The notes beneath the pieces are model-generated. The model ran no database searches. It had not been told where the DNA came from and worked only from the letters and a program-made list of their open reading frames with translations. Below are positions 22,368 to 33,384 of a stretch of DNA of 64,000 nucleotides, one piece after another. The DNA lies in the NCBI GenBank assembly GCA_047495785.1, contig JBLDXI010000030.1, positions 1,178,001-1,242,000 of the forward strand, written 5' to 3'. The translations under genes were made by a program, and so were the position numbers. Numbering within the stretch: position 1 is the stretch's first letter; every line of letters starts with the position of its first letter. The stretch is from Lepidodermella squamata (lineage: Eukaryota > Animalia > Gastrotricha).

Positions 22368-25087
22368 TCATGATAACATCAGTGAGAAAAGAACTGCGTC
22401 GATAATCAATACAATCAGACCGGCTGCTATAGCAACGGCCAGGTCCAAAAAACGCTGCATTGGTAAGGCCATACATTTGTGTAACTTGAGGACGCGGGAT
22501 TTTAGTGACTCGGGGATATTAAAGCAAGTATATCCCGTAATAAGGACAGCAACGATGAATTTAGCCGCGATCATATACACAAGGTAGACATGATCTGAAG
22601 TTTTTGGCATCATGCCAAAAATCAAGGTGAGAAATACTATGTAAGATAGAACGACAGTCACACAAAACGCTGATTGATCCCTGTTCACAGGTTCAGCGAT
22701 CAAAGAAATGACTTGAAGGATGAAAAGTGTGATAGTAGGCACAAAGATGTTGCAAACGTAGTAGCCACTTTTGCGGCGAAATTGAATTGTCAAGATCACA
22801 CTGGAATAGTCAGTCCTGTCGTTGTTCGGTATTGTTGCATTGCCGCTATACCCGACGACTGACCATATGTCAGAATCAACGATGAAGGTGTTTTCATCGG
22901 AGCTATCAATTCCAAATGATCCTAAACGGAACACCACGTCTCTTGAAAGATCGCCGGATTCGAATACCAGTGAGCACGTTTGCGTATCGAACGGGAATTT
23001 GCTGTAGCTGAAAGCGGTGCAGGATACATCGAATCGATCGTAAGCATAGTAGCTCACTTCTTTCGACTTGATAAATGGATAAATCCAGGCCAGGTCGTTG
23101 AACTTGCGGCCGATAACGGGAAACTCGTAAGCAGTCAAATGATGAATTTTAGGTGTCCATATTTCTAACGTTTGAACCGGGTAGTTGAGCTCAAAAGGCC
23201 TAAGTATTTTACATTCTGTTTCTGATAGTAAATCTGTGCATTTCGGTTTTTCGCAGTGGTCCGACTTGAACTGATCGGGAGGGGGGTGTGAAAACATCTG
23301 ATTAAAAAATTGCGCTCGCGAACGCTGCGCGTTCGCTCGCATCCATTACACGTTTCTATTGCCTTTATAAGCTTTCAGGCACTTTTCATACGGGGCCCTT
23401 CCCGCCACGAGACAACACAAAACATACTTATGCGTACGTTTTCAAAATTAAATGTGCATACATTTTCGTGTTTCGCATCGCCATACGAAGACAACATTTT
23501 ACATTGAAGAGTTTCATAATATGCGAGCGAAGCGAGCTCAAAATATAGTTTTAATGCTGAATTATCATAAGGGGATAGTGTAAAAATTGATTCAAATCAA
23601 ATAAAGCTTTTATAACTTCGAGCTTGAAAATGAGAGCTATTTTATGTGATTGAAACGGACTAATCTTCCCGGGGTTTATCGAACCAAAAATATTCATAAT
23701 TACTTCGGAAAATCGCATAAGCAAATGCACTGTTTACTCCATTGTCAACAATCAATGGATTTCTAGAAATAATCGGGGCAGCCAGAAAACAATGCGAGCG
23801 TAGCGAGCCGAAAATTTCAAAATTTATGAGATATTTCATTTGTTGGTTATTTTGGTGGATGGCGACCTTTATAAATTTGCATCAGCACCTGCGATTTCTG
23901 TTAGCCTTTTAAAACCCATAAATACATTTGTTTTAGACGAACTGAATGTCCCTTTCATGCAAGCGGCCCGTGTGCCCACGCGTTAAAACGGCCCTGCTGC
24001 CACTGGAATGTAACCGTGCAATTTATATTGATAACTCAAAACCAGTGTGTGCTACCTCCAATATGACTTCGGATTCGGATTCGGCGTGAAATTCTGGATA
24101 GAAATATATGTGACACGACCTGTCCAACGTAAAAATTGACCACGTGACAGTAAAGCAATAAATTTATTACACCCCCTAATTATCTCCTGATCTATGATGA
24201 CTGCGAAAATTCTGAAAAAAGAAACGGATTCAGCGTACGAAATTTACCCCTCCGGGGTTTCTAAGGGGGTTTTCGTCAAAAAAGAACACATTTTTCAACT
24301 TTTTTTTAAAAAAATTAATTTTTGTGAAAATATGACGGTCGATTTCAATCACATGAAAATTTAGTTTTTTTTTCATTTTGTGTTTTTATGATCGCGATAC
24401 ATGTTTCTAGGGTAACTTTTTACGAGGAATTCAATGGCGCAGTCCATTTTTCGATATTGATTTTTCCTGTATCGATTTTTGACCATCGATTTATTGATTA
24501 TTGGCTGATCGATCGATTTTAGACTTTTTACCCCCTTCCAGTGTTAGTAGATTTATGCTGGAAGGGCACGACTTTGTTTAACTACACGTTACAGGTAAAT
24601 TTCATGTTTTTATACCAATCTATATATCTTCCAGTCATATTGGCTTCAACACTTTCTTGAACCATTTTTCCGCCTCCAGGGGGGTAAGCTCACCCCCCTC
24701 AACCGTCAGCCGCCTGTGCTAGGGGTGGGCATTTTCCCCCCTTCCCCCCCGGAGTCGGAACACTGGTTTTTCGCATGGCAGCCCCCACCGCATGGACAAA
24801 TGCGCCAATAATGATAGTTTTTGCTCCACATCGTCGATTCCCATAAAACGGAGGAGATCCATTCGGATTGTCACGATAACCGGACTGATATAAATTATAC
24901 TATTAATACTAATATTAATAATACTAATACTGGTATTGGAATAAACCAATTGATCCATCGGTAGGCTTTTTGACGTAACTGCCCGACACCATTCAGTGAA
25001 TTTTGCCTGCAGCTTCTCAGAAGTTTGCACCGTAACTTTCGTCGAAGCGAGCCTACCCACCACCAGCAAAACTAGAAGCGATTTCAT
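22368..25087 (-). pseudogene. Cys-loop subunit, subtype B, split by a hAT element
   Basis: 25087-24766 gives signal peptide to WGLPCEK; 23245-22368 continues PKCTDLLSE to the stop; removing 23254-24765 plus one TSD restores the frame. Confidence 0.88.
23254..24765. mobile_element. Non-autonomous hAT-superfamily element
   Basis: TIR cagtggtccgact / agtcggaacactg; 8-bp TSD gtttttcg at 23246-23253 and 24766-24773; internal gcgagcgaagcgagc motifs. Confidence 0.9.
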
Positions 25088-25901
25088 GATGTTTATATAT
25101 TATCGTTTGATATCTATGCCCATGCAAGGCCGAAATGTTTCTCGCACTAGCATCCGTGTGAGTTGCATGGAGCTCGTCGATCAAGTCAACTTTCAATGTC
25201 AAATTTCCTGTCAAGAATTTGTTTGCGCACGCATTCCAGCATCGATCTATAGGCATCTAGGTATCGACTGGTACAGTAAAACCTGTTATCTCGAACTTCG
25301 TGTATCTTGTGTATATATCGAAGGCGTATCGAGGAACCGTGGATTTTTCAGCATTTGTTGCATGTTATTCACTTTTTGAAGTTCATCTTGAAACTCGAAG
25401 TGAGGGGTAGGAACGCCCACCATTTTTGTATTTTTTAGTCGAATTTTCGAAGCTCGATAATGTCATTGCTTGCGTACAAATGGATAAGGATGGCTGTCAA
25501 TGCCGAATGTCCGGAAATTACCATCGCTGTTCGGTTCAGCGTGGTCAATTCCCTTCGGAACCCTCAAGCTGAATGTTCGCAGCACGGGTTTTTCATTATG
25601 TTGGCTTGATGTTCAGCGCAATGAAAAATTTACATATCTGATGTAGAGGCTAGTAATCCTTGGGGTTCTCCCTAATAAAAAAGGGACACTTAGATCCTTT
25701 GAATTCACCCCTTCATTATCGGTTGAAGCTCGTTAAACACGATGATGAATAAAACTTTGTTCTAGTTTCTAATAAATATATTATGTTGTTATACTAGCAA
25801 CCGTAGATCAGAACAGATTGTATTTGACTAAGTTTATCGCCAGCTCATTATAATTGCATGGGTAATAGATAATTAAATAAGAAGTAGGCTGAATTTCGAA
25901 G

Positions 25902-27074
25902 TCATTCTAGCATCAACGAGAAGAGTATTGTGTCAATGACGATGACGATAATGCTAGCCATTGCAGCGATAGCGACATCCAAAAACCGACGCATTGACAT
26001 GATTATGGACTTTTGCAGATTAACAACGCGCGTTTTAAGCTGCTCAGAATAGCCGGGAATCAAGCAGGTATACGCTGTTATTAGCACCGCCACGATGAAT
26101 TTAGCTGCGACCATGTAGACAAGATAGAGATGATCTGAGGTTTTTGGCATCATGCCAAAAATCATCGTCAAATATACAACATAGGACAGCACAACAGTCA
26201 CGCAAAATGCCGATTGATCTCTGTTCACGGGTTCAACAATTAACGAAATGACCTGAAGGAAGAAAAGCATAGATGTTGGGACGAAGATGTTGCACACGTA
26301 GTAGCCACTTTTGCGCCGAAATCGAATTGTCATTCTCAGGCGGTTGATAGGATAAGCACCACTCATTTGGCTAGACATTGATGTATTGAACTCGAGTGGC
26401 TCAACAACTGACCATATATCAGTGTCAACGATGAAGGTGTCCCTGGCTGACGAGTCAATATTGAATGCGTTCATTTGATAAACAACATCGTAGTAAAATT
26501 CGGATGATTCGAATACCAGCGAGCATGACTGAGAATCGAAAGGAAATTTTCGGTAACTAAATGTGGTGCATGATACGTCGAAGCGGTCGTAGATATCGAA
26601 AAACAGTGTGGTATTTGGTTTAAAAGGGAAGACCCAAACTTGATCACTGATTTTCCGTGTGAAAACTGGCGTTTCGTAAGCTGTCATATGGCCGATTCCT
26701 GGTACCCAAATTTCCGACGCAGGAACGTAGAAGTACAGGTAATTCTTTCGTGGTAATTCGCAGTCCGATTCGGATAATAAGTCCGTACATTTCGGAATCG
26801 GGCATGGCAGCCTCCAGGCCATAGTAAGATGACCGACAAGCGATAGTTTCTGTTCAACATCATCGATGCCCACAAAGCGTAGGAGGGACATTGTGACATC
26901 CACGACAACTGGCTGGGTGTTTTTTGAGCGGACTGCTTGATCGCTTGGGAGGCACTTCGATCGCAAGGCCGGGCAGAACTTGGCATACTCTGCCTCAAGG
27001 TTCTCAGCAACTGACCAAGCTGCGTCGGAAGCATTTATCAGCTTAAACGAGAGAAGAAATGCAAGCAGAATCAT
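25902..27074 (-). CDS. Intronless Cys-loop channel subunit, subtype A
   Basis: Closest paralogue of 2942-4105 (MILLAFL.., NTSMSSQMSG); complete ORF. Confidence 0.92.
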   Translation of the reverse strand: MILLAFLLSFKLINASDAAWSVAENLEAEYAKFCPALRSKCLPSDQAVRSKNTQPVVVDVTMSLLRFVGIDDVEQKLSLVGHLTMAWRLPCPIPKCTDLLSESDCELPRKNYLYFYVPASEIWVPGIGHMTAYETPVFTRKISDQVWVFPFKPNTTLFFDIYDRFDVSCTTFSYRKFPFDSQSCSLVFESSEFYYDVVYQMNAFNIDSSARDTFIVDTDIWSVVEPLEFNTSMSSQMSGAYPINRLRMTIRFRRKSGYYVCNIFVPTSMLFFLQVISLIVEPVNRDQSAFCVTVVLSYVVYLTMIFGMMPKTSDHLYLVYMVAAKFIVAVLITAYTCLIPGYSEQLKTRVVNLQKSIIMSMRRFLDVAIAAMASIIVIVIDTILFSLMLE

Positions 27075-28080
27075 ACTGCTGAGCTTTCAACCTAATTCCT
27101 ACCTGTGAGCTCGAAACGGTTTGGCGAGTAATTTCAGGTTGAACTAAAAATTGGACAACCACGGCAGTTACATTTCCTGTTAAACATTGGTTTATTATCA
27201 ATAAAAGTGTATTATGCTTTCTCTTAACCAATTATAAGGAAACGCTTACCTGAACAAATAGCGCGAGATCAATTTTTTCGCGAAATGCAGCATATCGATT
27301 GACCAAAAAAGAAATAGGCATTTCATTTATATTAGGATACTGAAAGTTTGAACGCCGAAAATGGCTAAATAAGCTTGGCTGCCATTCAAAATATGAAGCT
27401 CGACGCAAAGAAATGAATAAGAGTGACAAATTGCTGATTTTAGCCAGTAGCAGAATGAGTTTTTATCAGTTATTTGGAATACAGGGAACAGTTTTCAGCT
27501 CCTTTAAATAATTGAGTTAGCAGACACCTTCTATAATTGCCAGCCGTTGATCGCACGCCAATAGGCAATAGCTCTGAAAAAACAGTCGAGAGTCCTCTTT
27601 CGAGCGAATGTAGCCTCGAATCGATGAAATGACAGGCGTATTTTAAAAAGAACCTGATGGCTTAATACTCGAAATTATAGTTTTACGATGATCTGGGCTG
27701 GTATCATAGCTTGCAACTAAATTTAGAAAAAAATAAAAAATTATTCGATAACGATCCGTAACATTAGCCAACTTGAGCTACTGAGAAGTGTAACAAAATC
27801 AGTGTCTCTAACGACTGGCATCGCATGCACTGATTAGCTTGTATCCACTGTTAGAGTTAATTTTAGCATGCTGCAGCACATTCCACAGGGCGGAGCAACA
27901 TCTCGGGAAGGTTACACTGCTTTAGTCATACTAAAATCGGTTATGATACGTGACAAAAGCAATTTTCTGTATGCAAAAAATGTAAGCTCGAAATTAGCTT
28001 CGTCACGCCTACATTGCATAAACGTTGACTTGTTAGTCCCAATAGTTAGTAGTTTCTATTCCTCGGCATCACAAACTTCA

Positions 28081-30405
28081 ATGGAAAAGGCAATATTCGT
28101 GATTTTGTTGATTCTCAGCACTTCCGTTGCATCGGAAGTTACGATTCAAGTTCCGGTATTCTTGCCATTCACTGGTCTCCTGCCAAACCAATACAGAACA
28201 TGCCGAGCTGTAACTGAGCTGGTTTTCAACAAGTTCAATGAAGACCCAACTCTCCTACCTGGCTATCGAGTTGAACCCGAGTTCATGGACGACAACAACG
28301 GCCCGTTGTTGGTTCAACGATTGCTCGAATTCGATTCTCGATCCAAACTTGACAACAGTTCGAAAATTCGAGCACCAATAATCTTAGGTCCGATCAATAA
28401 CTGCCATCTGACAGCTAGTTTCGCTCATATGCTTGGGTATATTCAAATCGCCCAATGCCCCGGCGATATCTTGATGAACAAGATTTTGTACCCAAATCTG
28501 TTCCTAATTCGTCCGGTTGGCTATCATTCGTGGAATATTAGGATTCGTTTCATGCTAGATATCGGAAACTGGCGACGTGTTGGCCTAATCGCTAGCTCCC
28601 ACATTCAAGATACATCCAACGCTCGTTTGTTCAACGATCTCGCCCTTAGAGTTGGGATGCAAGTCTATATTGATATAGTAACGGATTTCACAGATGAAGC
28701 AACTCTAGCCCTTCAACAATCCGATGTTAGGATCATCGTTTTCGCTGTTACGGCAGTCAATGCCCTGAGCTATAGGATTCTATGCCAATGCTTCAAATTC
28801 GGCATAACTGGACCTAGGTATGTTTTCATTCTTCCTGGGAGTGTTTTCGCAGATCCGAAAACTCTGCCGAATGAAACTTACCCTGGTTGTACGAGAGAAA
28901 TTATCGCAACTCAATACAAATTCGCATTCATGGCCTCAAGCCAGCTCAGCTCGGAAGATACGGTAGGGAAGAGCCAATTGGGTTACTCTCTAACAGAATT
29001 CGATAGAATGTTGGACAACTACACCGGCTCGCTGCGTCATCCTGATTATTCAAGCCGATTTTTCTGTCATGATGCAGCTCTTCAAGGTCTTCTCATTCTC
29101 GACGAAGGTCAGAAGGTTCTGAGTAAGCAAGGCCTGAGCCTTTCAAACATCTCGACTCATTCGATCGAAATATCAAACGTGATGAATGAAACAGGTATGA
29201 AGCTGAGATTTGCCGGTCTGAAGAGTGAGGGCCTTACTACGTACAACGATCGGGGAGAGGTAACAGGAAGCAAGTGGCCGATATCTCAATGGACCCCAGC
29301 TGGTGGCCTGAAGATTGTCTATCACATAACGAAGGCTCCAAATGACAGCAAAACCGACGCCAGCTCATACAGATCTTTACCTGTTTCAAAAATTGAATGG
29401 TACACAGCTTTCGGGAAGCCAATCAAGGACAGAGCGACATACGTAAAGATCAACGAAGATGTACCTATTGAGGCTAGAATTTTAATCTGGATTTTAGCTT
29501 TGATTTCTTTCACGGCTAAAGTTTTAGCTTTAATTAAGGTGTTGGTGAAAATCGGACTGAAACTGCCTGTTTTAATCCAGATTATTAGCTTCTGTTTATT
29601 GGACCCTAGTGCTGTTCTATTCATGATCGAAGTTGAGCTGGATAATATGGTTAGCCTTTTCAAGGCCCGTGTTGCCCTCCTTGCATTGGGGATTTCGCTT
29701 TCAAACGCAGCGATGTCTCTTTTAGCCTTGTTCACGACATCCGCAATTAGATCACGTACAAAACCGTCGAGGCTTAATTTACTTGCGAAAACAGCGTCTA
29801 ATCCGGTGAGTGTAACGCCAACGGAGAAATTCCATACGCGAAAATATATATTGGCGCTGATGATTTTCGGCTGCGTGGTAGTTACTTACGTGACTGTCTG
29901 GACCACGATCGAGCCAGCGATGTGTTACCGCCAGTTGAAATTTGATACGGCCTATTACGATGAGATTGAAGACATGATAACCGAGGTTCTTGGCGTCGCG
30001 TGTCAGTCACGTAACGAAATCGCGTGGATCTTTGCGCTGCTCAGCGTCAACGCCGCAATTTTATTAGCCGGCGCGACATCGGCTCGCCAACACGTTAGGA
30101 CTCTACGACTAACGGAGAAGTATCATCAGTTCAATATGCTGCTCTATGCTATGGTGAACGGACTGATTTTGATGCTTGCAACTTGCCTAGTTGTACTCAT
30201 CGTTCCGCAGTACCCTATTCCTCAGCGTATTGTGATGGCGATATCAGCTTTGTTTTATTCAGCTATTTCAAGTGTCATGTGTCTGGGTCCAGTTTTGCGG
30301 AAACCAGTGCAGATATTTCCAGTGCCGGAACTAAAGCATCCCCGGCCGTCAGTTGAACTCAAACTCAATGGGTTGACGTTAGGACCAACAATTTTACCAC
30401 GCTAG
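28081..30405 (+). CDS. Intronless class C GPCR, GABA-B-like architecture (VFT + 7TM, no cysteine-rich domain)
   Basis: Signal peptide from MEKAIFVILL (preferred over ATG 27868); LLPGY, IILGP, YPNLF, WRRVGLI, CQCFKFGITGPRYVFI, HDA; seven hydrophobic segments; C-x-S in ECL2. Confidence 0.88.
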   Translation: MEKAIFVILLILSTSVASEVTIQVPVFLPFTGLLPNQYRTCRAVTELVFNKFNEDPTLLPGYRVEPEFMDDNNGPLLVQRLLEFDSRSKLDNSSKIRAPIILGPINNCHLTASFAHMLGYIQIAQCPGDILMNKILYPNLFLIRPVGYHSWNIRIRFMLDIGNWRRVGLIASSHIQDTSNARLFNDLALRVGMQVYIDIVTDFTDEATLALQQSDVRIIVFAVTAVNALSYRILCQCFKFGITGPRYVFILPGSVFADPKTLPNETYPGCTREIIATQYKFAFMASSQLSSEDTVGKSQLGYSLTEFDRMLDNYTGSLRHPDYSSRFFCHDAALQGLLILDEGQKVLSKQGLSLSNISTHSIEISNVMNETGMKLRFAGLKSEGLTTYNDRGEVTGSKWPISQWTPAGGLKIVYHITKAPNDSKTDASSYRSLPVSKIEWYTAFGKPIKDRATYVKINEDVPIEARILIWILALISFTAKVLALIKVLVKIGLKLPVLIQIISFCLLDPSAVLFMIEVELDNMVSLFKARVALLALGISLSNAAMSLLALFTTSAIRSRTKPSRLNLLAKTASNPVSVTPTEKFHTRKYILALMIFGCVVVTYVTVWTTIEPAMCYRQLKFDTAYYDEIEDMITEVLGVACQSRNEIAWIFALLSVNAAILLAGATSARQHVRTLRLTEKYHQFNMLLYAMVNGLILMLATCLVVLIVPQYPIPQRIVMAISALFYSAISSVMCLGPVLRKPVQIFPVPELKHPRPSVELKLNGLTLGPTILPR

Positions 30406-31117
30406 CTAACCGCAGTCTATTCGAAATTCGAAACATTTGACAAGCTTTATCGCAAATTCAAAAGTAAATTATTGCTATAATTCACAGTATTATGTTATTT
30501 ATGTTATTAAATATGGTTAGCTCATTCGAAAACTCCCCAGAGAAATGAACAGAAGTAAAGCCATTATGAAAAGAGGAAATATTAAGTAGTCCACTATGCT
30601 ATAGACTCCATCCCAGATAGCTATGCTACTAAAGCCAATACTAAACCTAACCCTAAACTAACCAGAACCATTTCCGGTACCGGTAATTGGAATGGCTCCT
30701 AATGACGGCCGAATTTCCGGAAATTTCAAGGCATGACTTGATGTTTCGTGCAATGGAGCAGTGGATGAAAAATTAAGGAATTAGGTCAGGCCGATAAGCC
30801 TTGAGGTTTGCCCATTTGAATTATGGGAGGCTTCGTTCCTCTGATTCGATCTTTTTATTGCTTGTAACGCTTTGAATACGACGACAGATAAGTTACTTTT
30901 CCAGTAAATACTGGCGGCTGAGATTTTTTTCACTTGTATGCTATTATAGGACCAAGAGGAAGAAACATAAGGGTCCCCCTGTGGATTTTTCAGCCTTCCT
31001 CTAGTTGAAGTCACGAAGCCTCCGCAACCGTGTAATGCGTACCCTGCCAACCAGTGTAGATCACCAGGTCATTTTATTCAGATAGCAATAAAGTTGAGAG
31101 TCGGCCAAACTTTGAAG

Positions 31118-32287
31118 TCACTCTAGCATGAAGGAGAAGAGTATTGTGTCAATGAGGATGATGATAAGGCTAGCCATTGCAGCGATAGCGACATCCAAAA
31201 ACCGATGCATCGACATGTTAATGGACTTGTGCAGATTGACAACGCGCGTTTTAAGCTGCTCAGTATAGCCAGGGATCAAACAAGTATACGCTGTTACTAG
31301 CACTGCAACGATAAATTTAGCTGCGACCATGTACACAAGGTAGAGATGATCTGAAGTTTTTGGCATCATGCCAAAAATCATCGTTAAATATACAACGTAA
31401 GACAGAACAACAGTTACACAAAATGCAGATTGGTCCCTGTTCACTGGCTCAGCAACCAAAGAAATAACTTGAAGGAAGAAGAGCATAGAAGTTGGGACGA
31501 AGATGTTGCAGACGTAGTAGCCACTTTTGCGGCGGAAACGAATCGTCATACTCAGGCGGTTGATAGGATAATTGCCATTCATCTGGTTAGACATCGAAGT
31601 GTTGAACTCGAGTGGCTCGACGACTTTCCATATATCTGTACCAACGATGAATGAATCCCAGGCTGATGAGTCAATTCTGAATGATTTGATCTGATAGGCC
31701 ACTTCGTCGATAAATTCAGAGGATTCGAAAATCATCGAACAGGATTGAGTATCGAAGGGAAATTTTCGGTAACTAAATGCGGTGCATGATACGTCGAAAC
31801 GATCGTAAATATCGAAAATCAGTGAATTTGATTCAAATGGGTAGACCCAAACTTGATCGCCAAGTTTCCGTGTGAAAACAGGCGATTCGTAAGCTGTCAT
31901 ATGGCCGATCCTTGGTACCCATATTTCTGTTGCGGGAACGTAAAAATACAGGTTATTTTGGCGCGGTATATTGCAATCTGTTTCTGAAAGTAAGTCGGAG
32001 CATTTCGGAGTTTGACATGGCAGTCCCCACATCATAGTAAGATGACCGACTAGCGATAGTTTTTGGTCGATATCATCGATGCCTACAAAGCGGAGGAGAG
32101 ACATTCTGACTTCCACGGCAATCGGCTTGCTGTTGTTCGAGTAGACTGCTTGGTCGGTTGGGAGGCATTTTGATCTCAAAGCTGGGCAGAATTTAGCGTA
32201 AGCCGCCTCCAACCTTCCAGCAACAGACCATGTTGCTTCGGAGGGATCAACAGCCACAAATGTGAGAATAAGTGCTATCGGAATCAT
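31118..32287 (-). CDS. Intronless Cys-loop channel subunit, subtype A
   Basis: Start at MIPIALILTF matches paralogue lengths; CTAFSYRKFPFDTQSC; four TM helices. Confidence 0.92.
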   Translation of the reverse strand: MIPIALILTFVAVDPSEATWSVAGRLEAAYAKFCPALRSKCLPTDQAVYSNNSKPIAVEVRMSLLRFVGIDDIDQKLSLVGHLTMMWGLPCQTPKCSDLLSETDCNIPRQNNLYFYVPATEIWVPRIGHMTAYESPVFTRKLGDQVWVYPFESNSLIFDIYDRFDVSCTAFSYRKFPFDTQSCSMIFESSEFIDEVAYQIKSFRIDSSAWDSFIVGTDIWKVVEPLEFNTSMSNQMNGNYPINRLSMTIRFRRKSGYYVCNIFVPTSMLFFLQVISLVAEPVNRDQSAFCVTVVLSYVVYLTMIFGMMPKTSDHLYLVYMVAAKFIVAVLVTAYTCLIPGYTEQLKTRVVNLHKSINMSMHRFLDVAIAAMASLIIILIDTILFSFMLE

Positions 32288-32498
32288 ATTGCTGAACTTC
32301 ATTTCAAATCCTACATTTAAGAACCATAAACGGTTTCCGATGTATTTCAGGTGGAAGCATGAAAAATTACATTTGGATGACTTCAGTGGATACATTTCCT
32401 ATAAAAAGTTCAGATCAATAAGGGAAACAATTACTTAAACAAATAGGGTGAGGTCGATATTTTACCGCGGCAGGACGATTAAACAAACAGCTAGCTTT

Positions 32499-32524
32499 CA
32501 TTTATTTATTTATTTATTTATTTA
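32499..32524. repeat. (TTTA)n microsatellite, possibly a retroposon tail
   Basis: About six atttt/ttta-type units in tandem. Confidence 0.65.
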
Positions 32525-33384
32525 AAGAGCCATAACGCCCAGAAGAGGACAGCTCAGACAAGTGATCAATAGAAAAGTTAAGTATCATTAATTATAGGAT
32601 GCTGAAAATTTGCTAACCCCGGCCAAATGGGAATGCTCCAAAATCCCAAAGGGTATATTTTCATTTAAACTTGAGCTCAATGCAGCTGGAGTGTCGAACA
32701 GTGAATGAAGAAACTAGGTATTTTGTGACTCGAAAGCGGTTGTTTTCCTGGACCACTCGTCTGATATCCCCATGCACTTCCGAAGGAACAGAAGAAAAAC
32801 ACGGGCACTGGGGTTGCTCACTTTCCTATCGAAACAAAGAGGAAATTGGATTAATTATATCCACTTATATATTTTGTGGGTTCAGTTATTGCGTGAATTA
32901 CAGTGTGATTCTAAAAGGCCGCCCAACCCACCGCCAGGGCTCTGCGTCGTAGAGTTTTTTACCTCATAAAAATCGAGTGGCTTTATTATGTCAAAGATAA
33001 AAAAAGAAAAAAATAGTCAAAAATAGTCAAAATAGTCAAAAATATTTCGAGAAGCACCCGTTCGCCAGCCTTCGAGTTTCATCGTGTCCAGAACTGGGTT
33101 TGAAGTATTCAACGCTGCAACGGTGAAAGCCACGAAGCTTTATCCGTATCGCCTAGTTCCAACTCAAGTCTTGATGCCGGGAGATTATCAGGGTCGACTA
33201 ATGTTCTGCAAATGAATGTTGAAAATGCTACGCTAGGACAAAATATTTTTTTCGGAAAATTTTTACAACAGATGAGTGTATGTTTTCAACTTCAAACCTT
33301 TTCAACAGGCAGAATAATAAAATGTGCAACATATTTCGACTTAAAAGCCATCATGAGATTATCTATAGAGTCACGTTTCTTTTA

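Noticed and set aside
23254-24765. Ordinary intron in the split channel gene
   Set aside because: TIRs and an 8-bp TSD are present, no suitable acceptor, and all paralogues are intronless
27868-28080. 71-aa N-terminal extension of the GPCR
   Set aside because: The signal peptide starts at 28081, and the duplicate upstream region is not kept in frame
30640-30665. Telomere-like ctaacc repeats
   Set aside because: Only a few imperfect units; a common repeat-associated motif
32288-32395. 36-aa N-terminal extension of a channel
   Set aside because: Paralogues start at the equivalent of 32287; the region matches their upstream non-coding DNA
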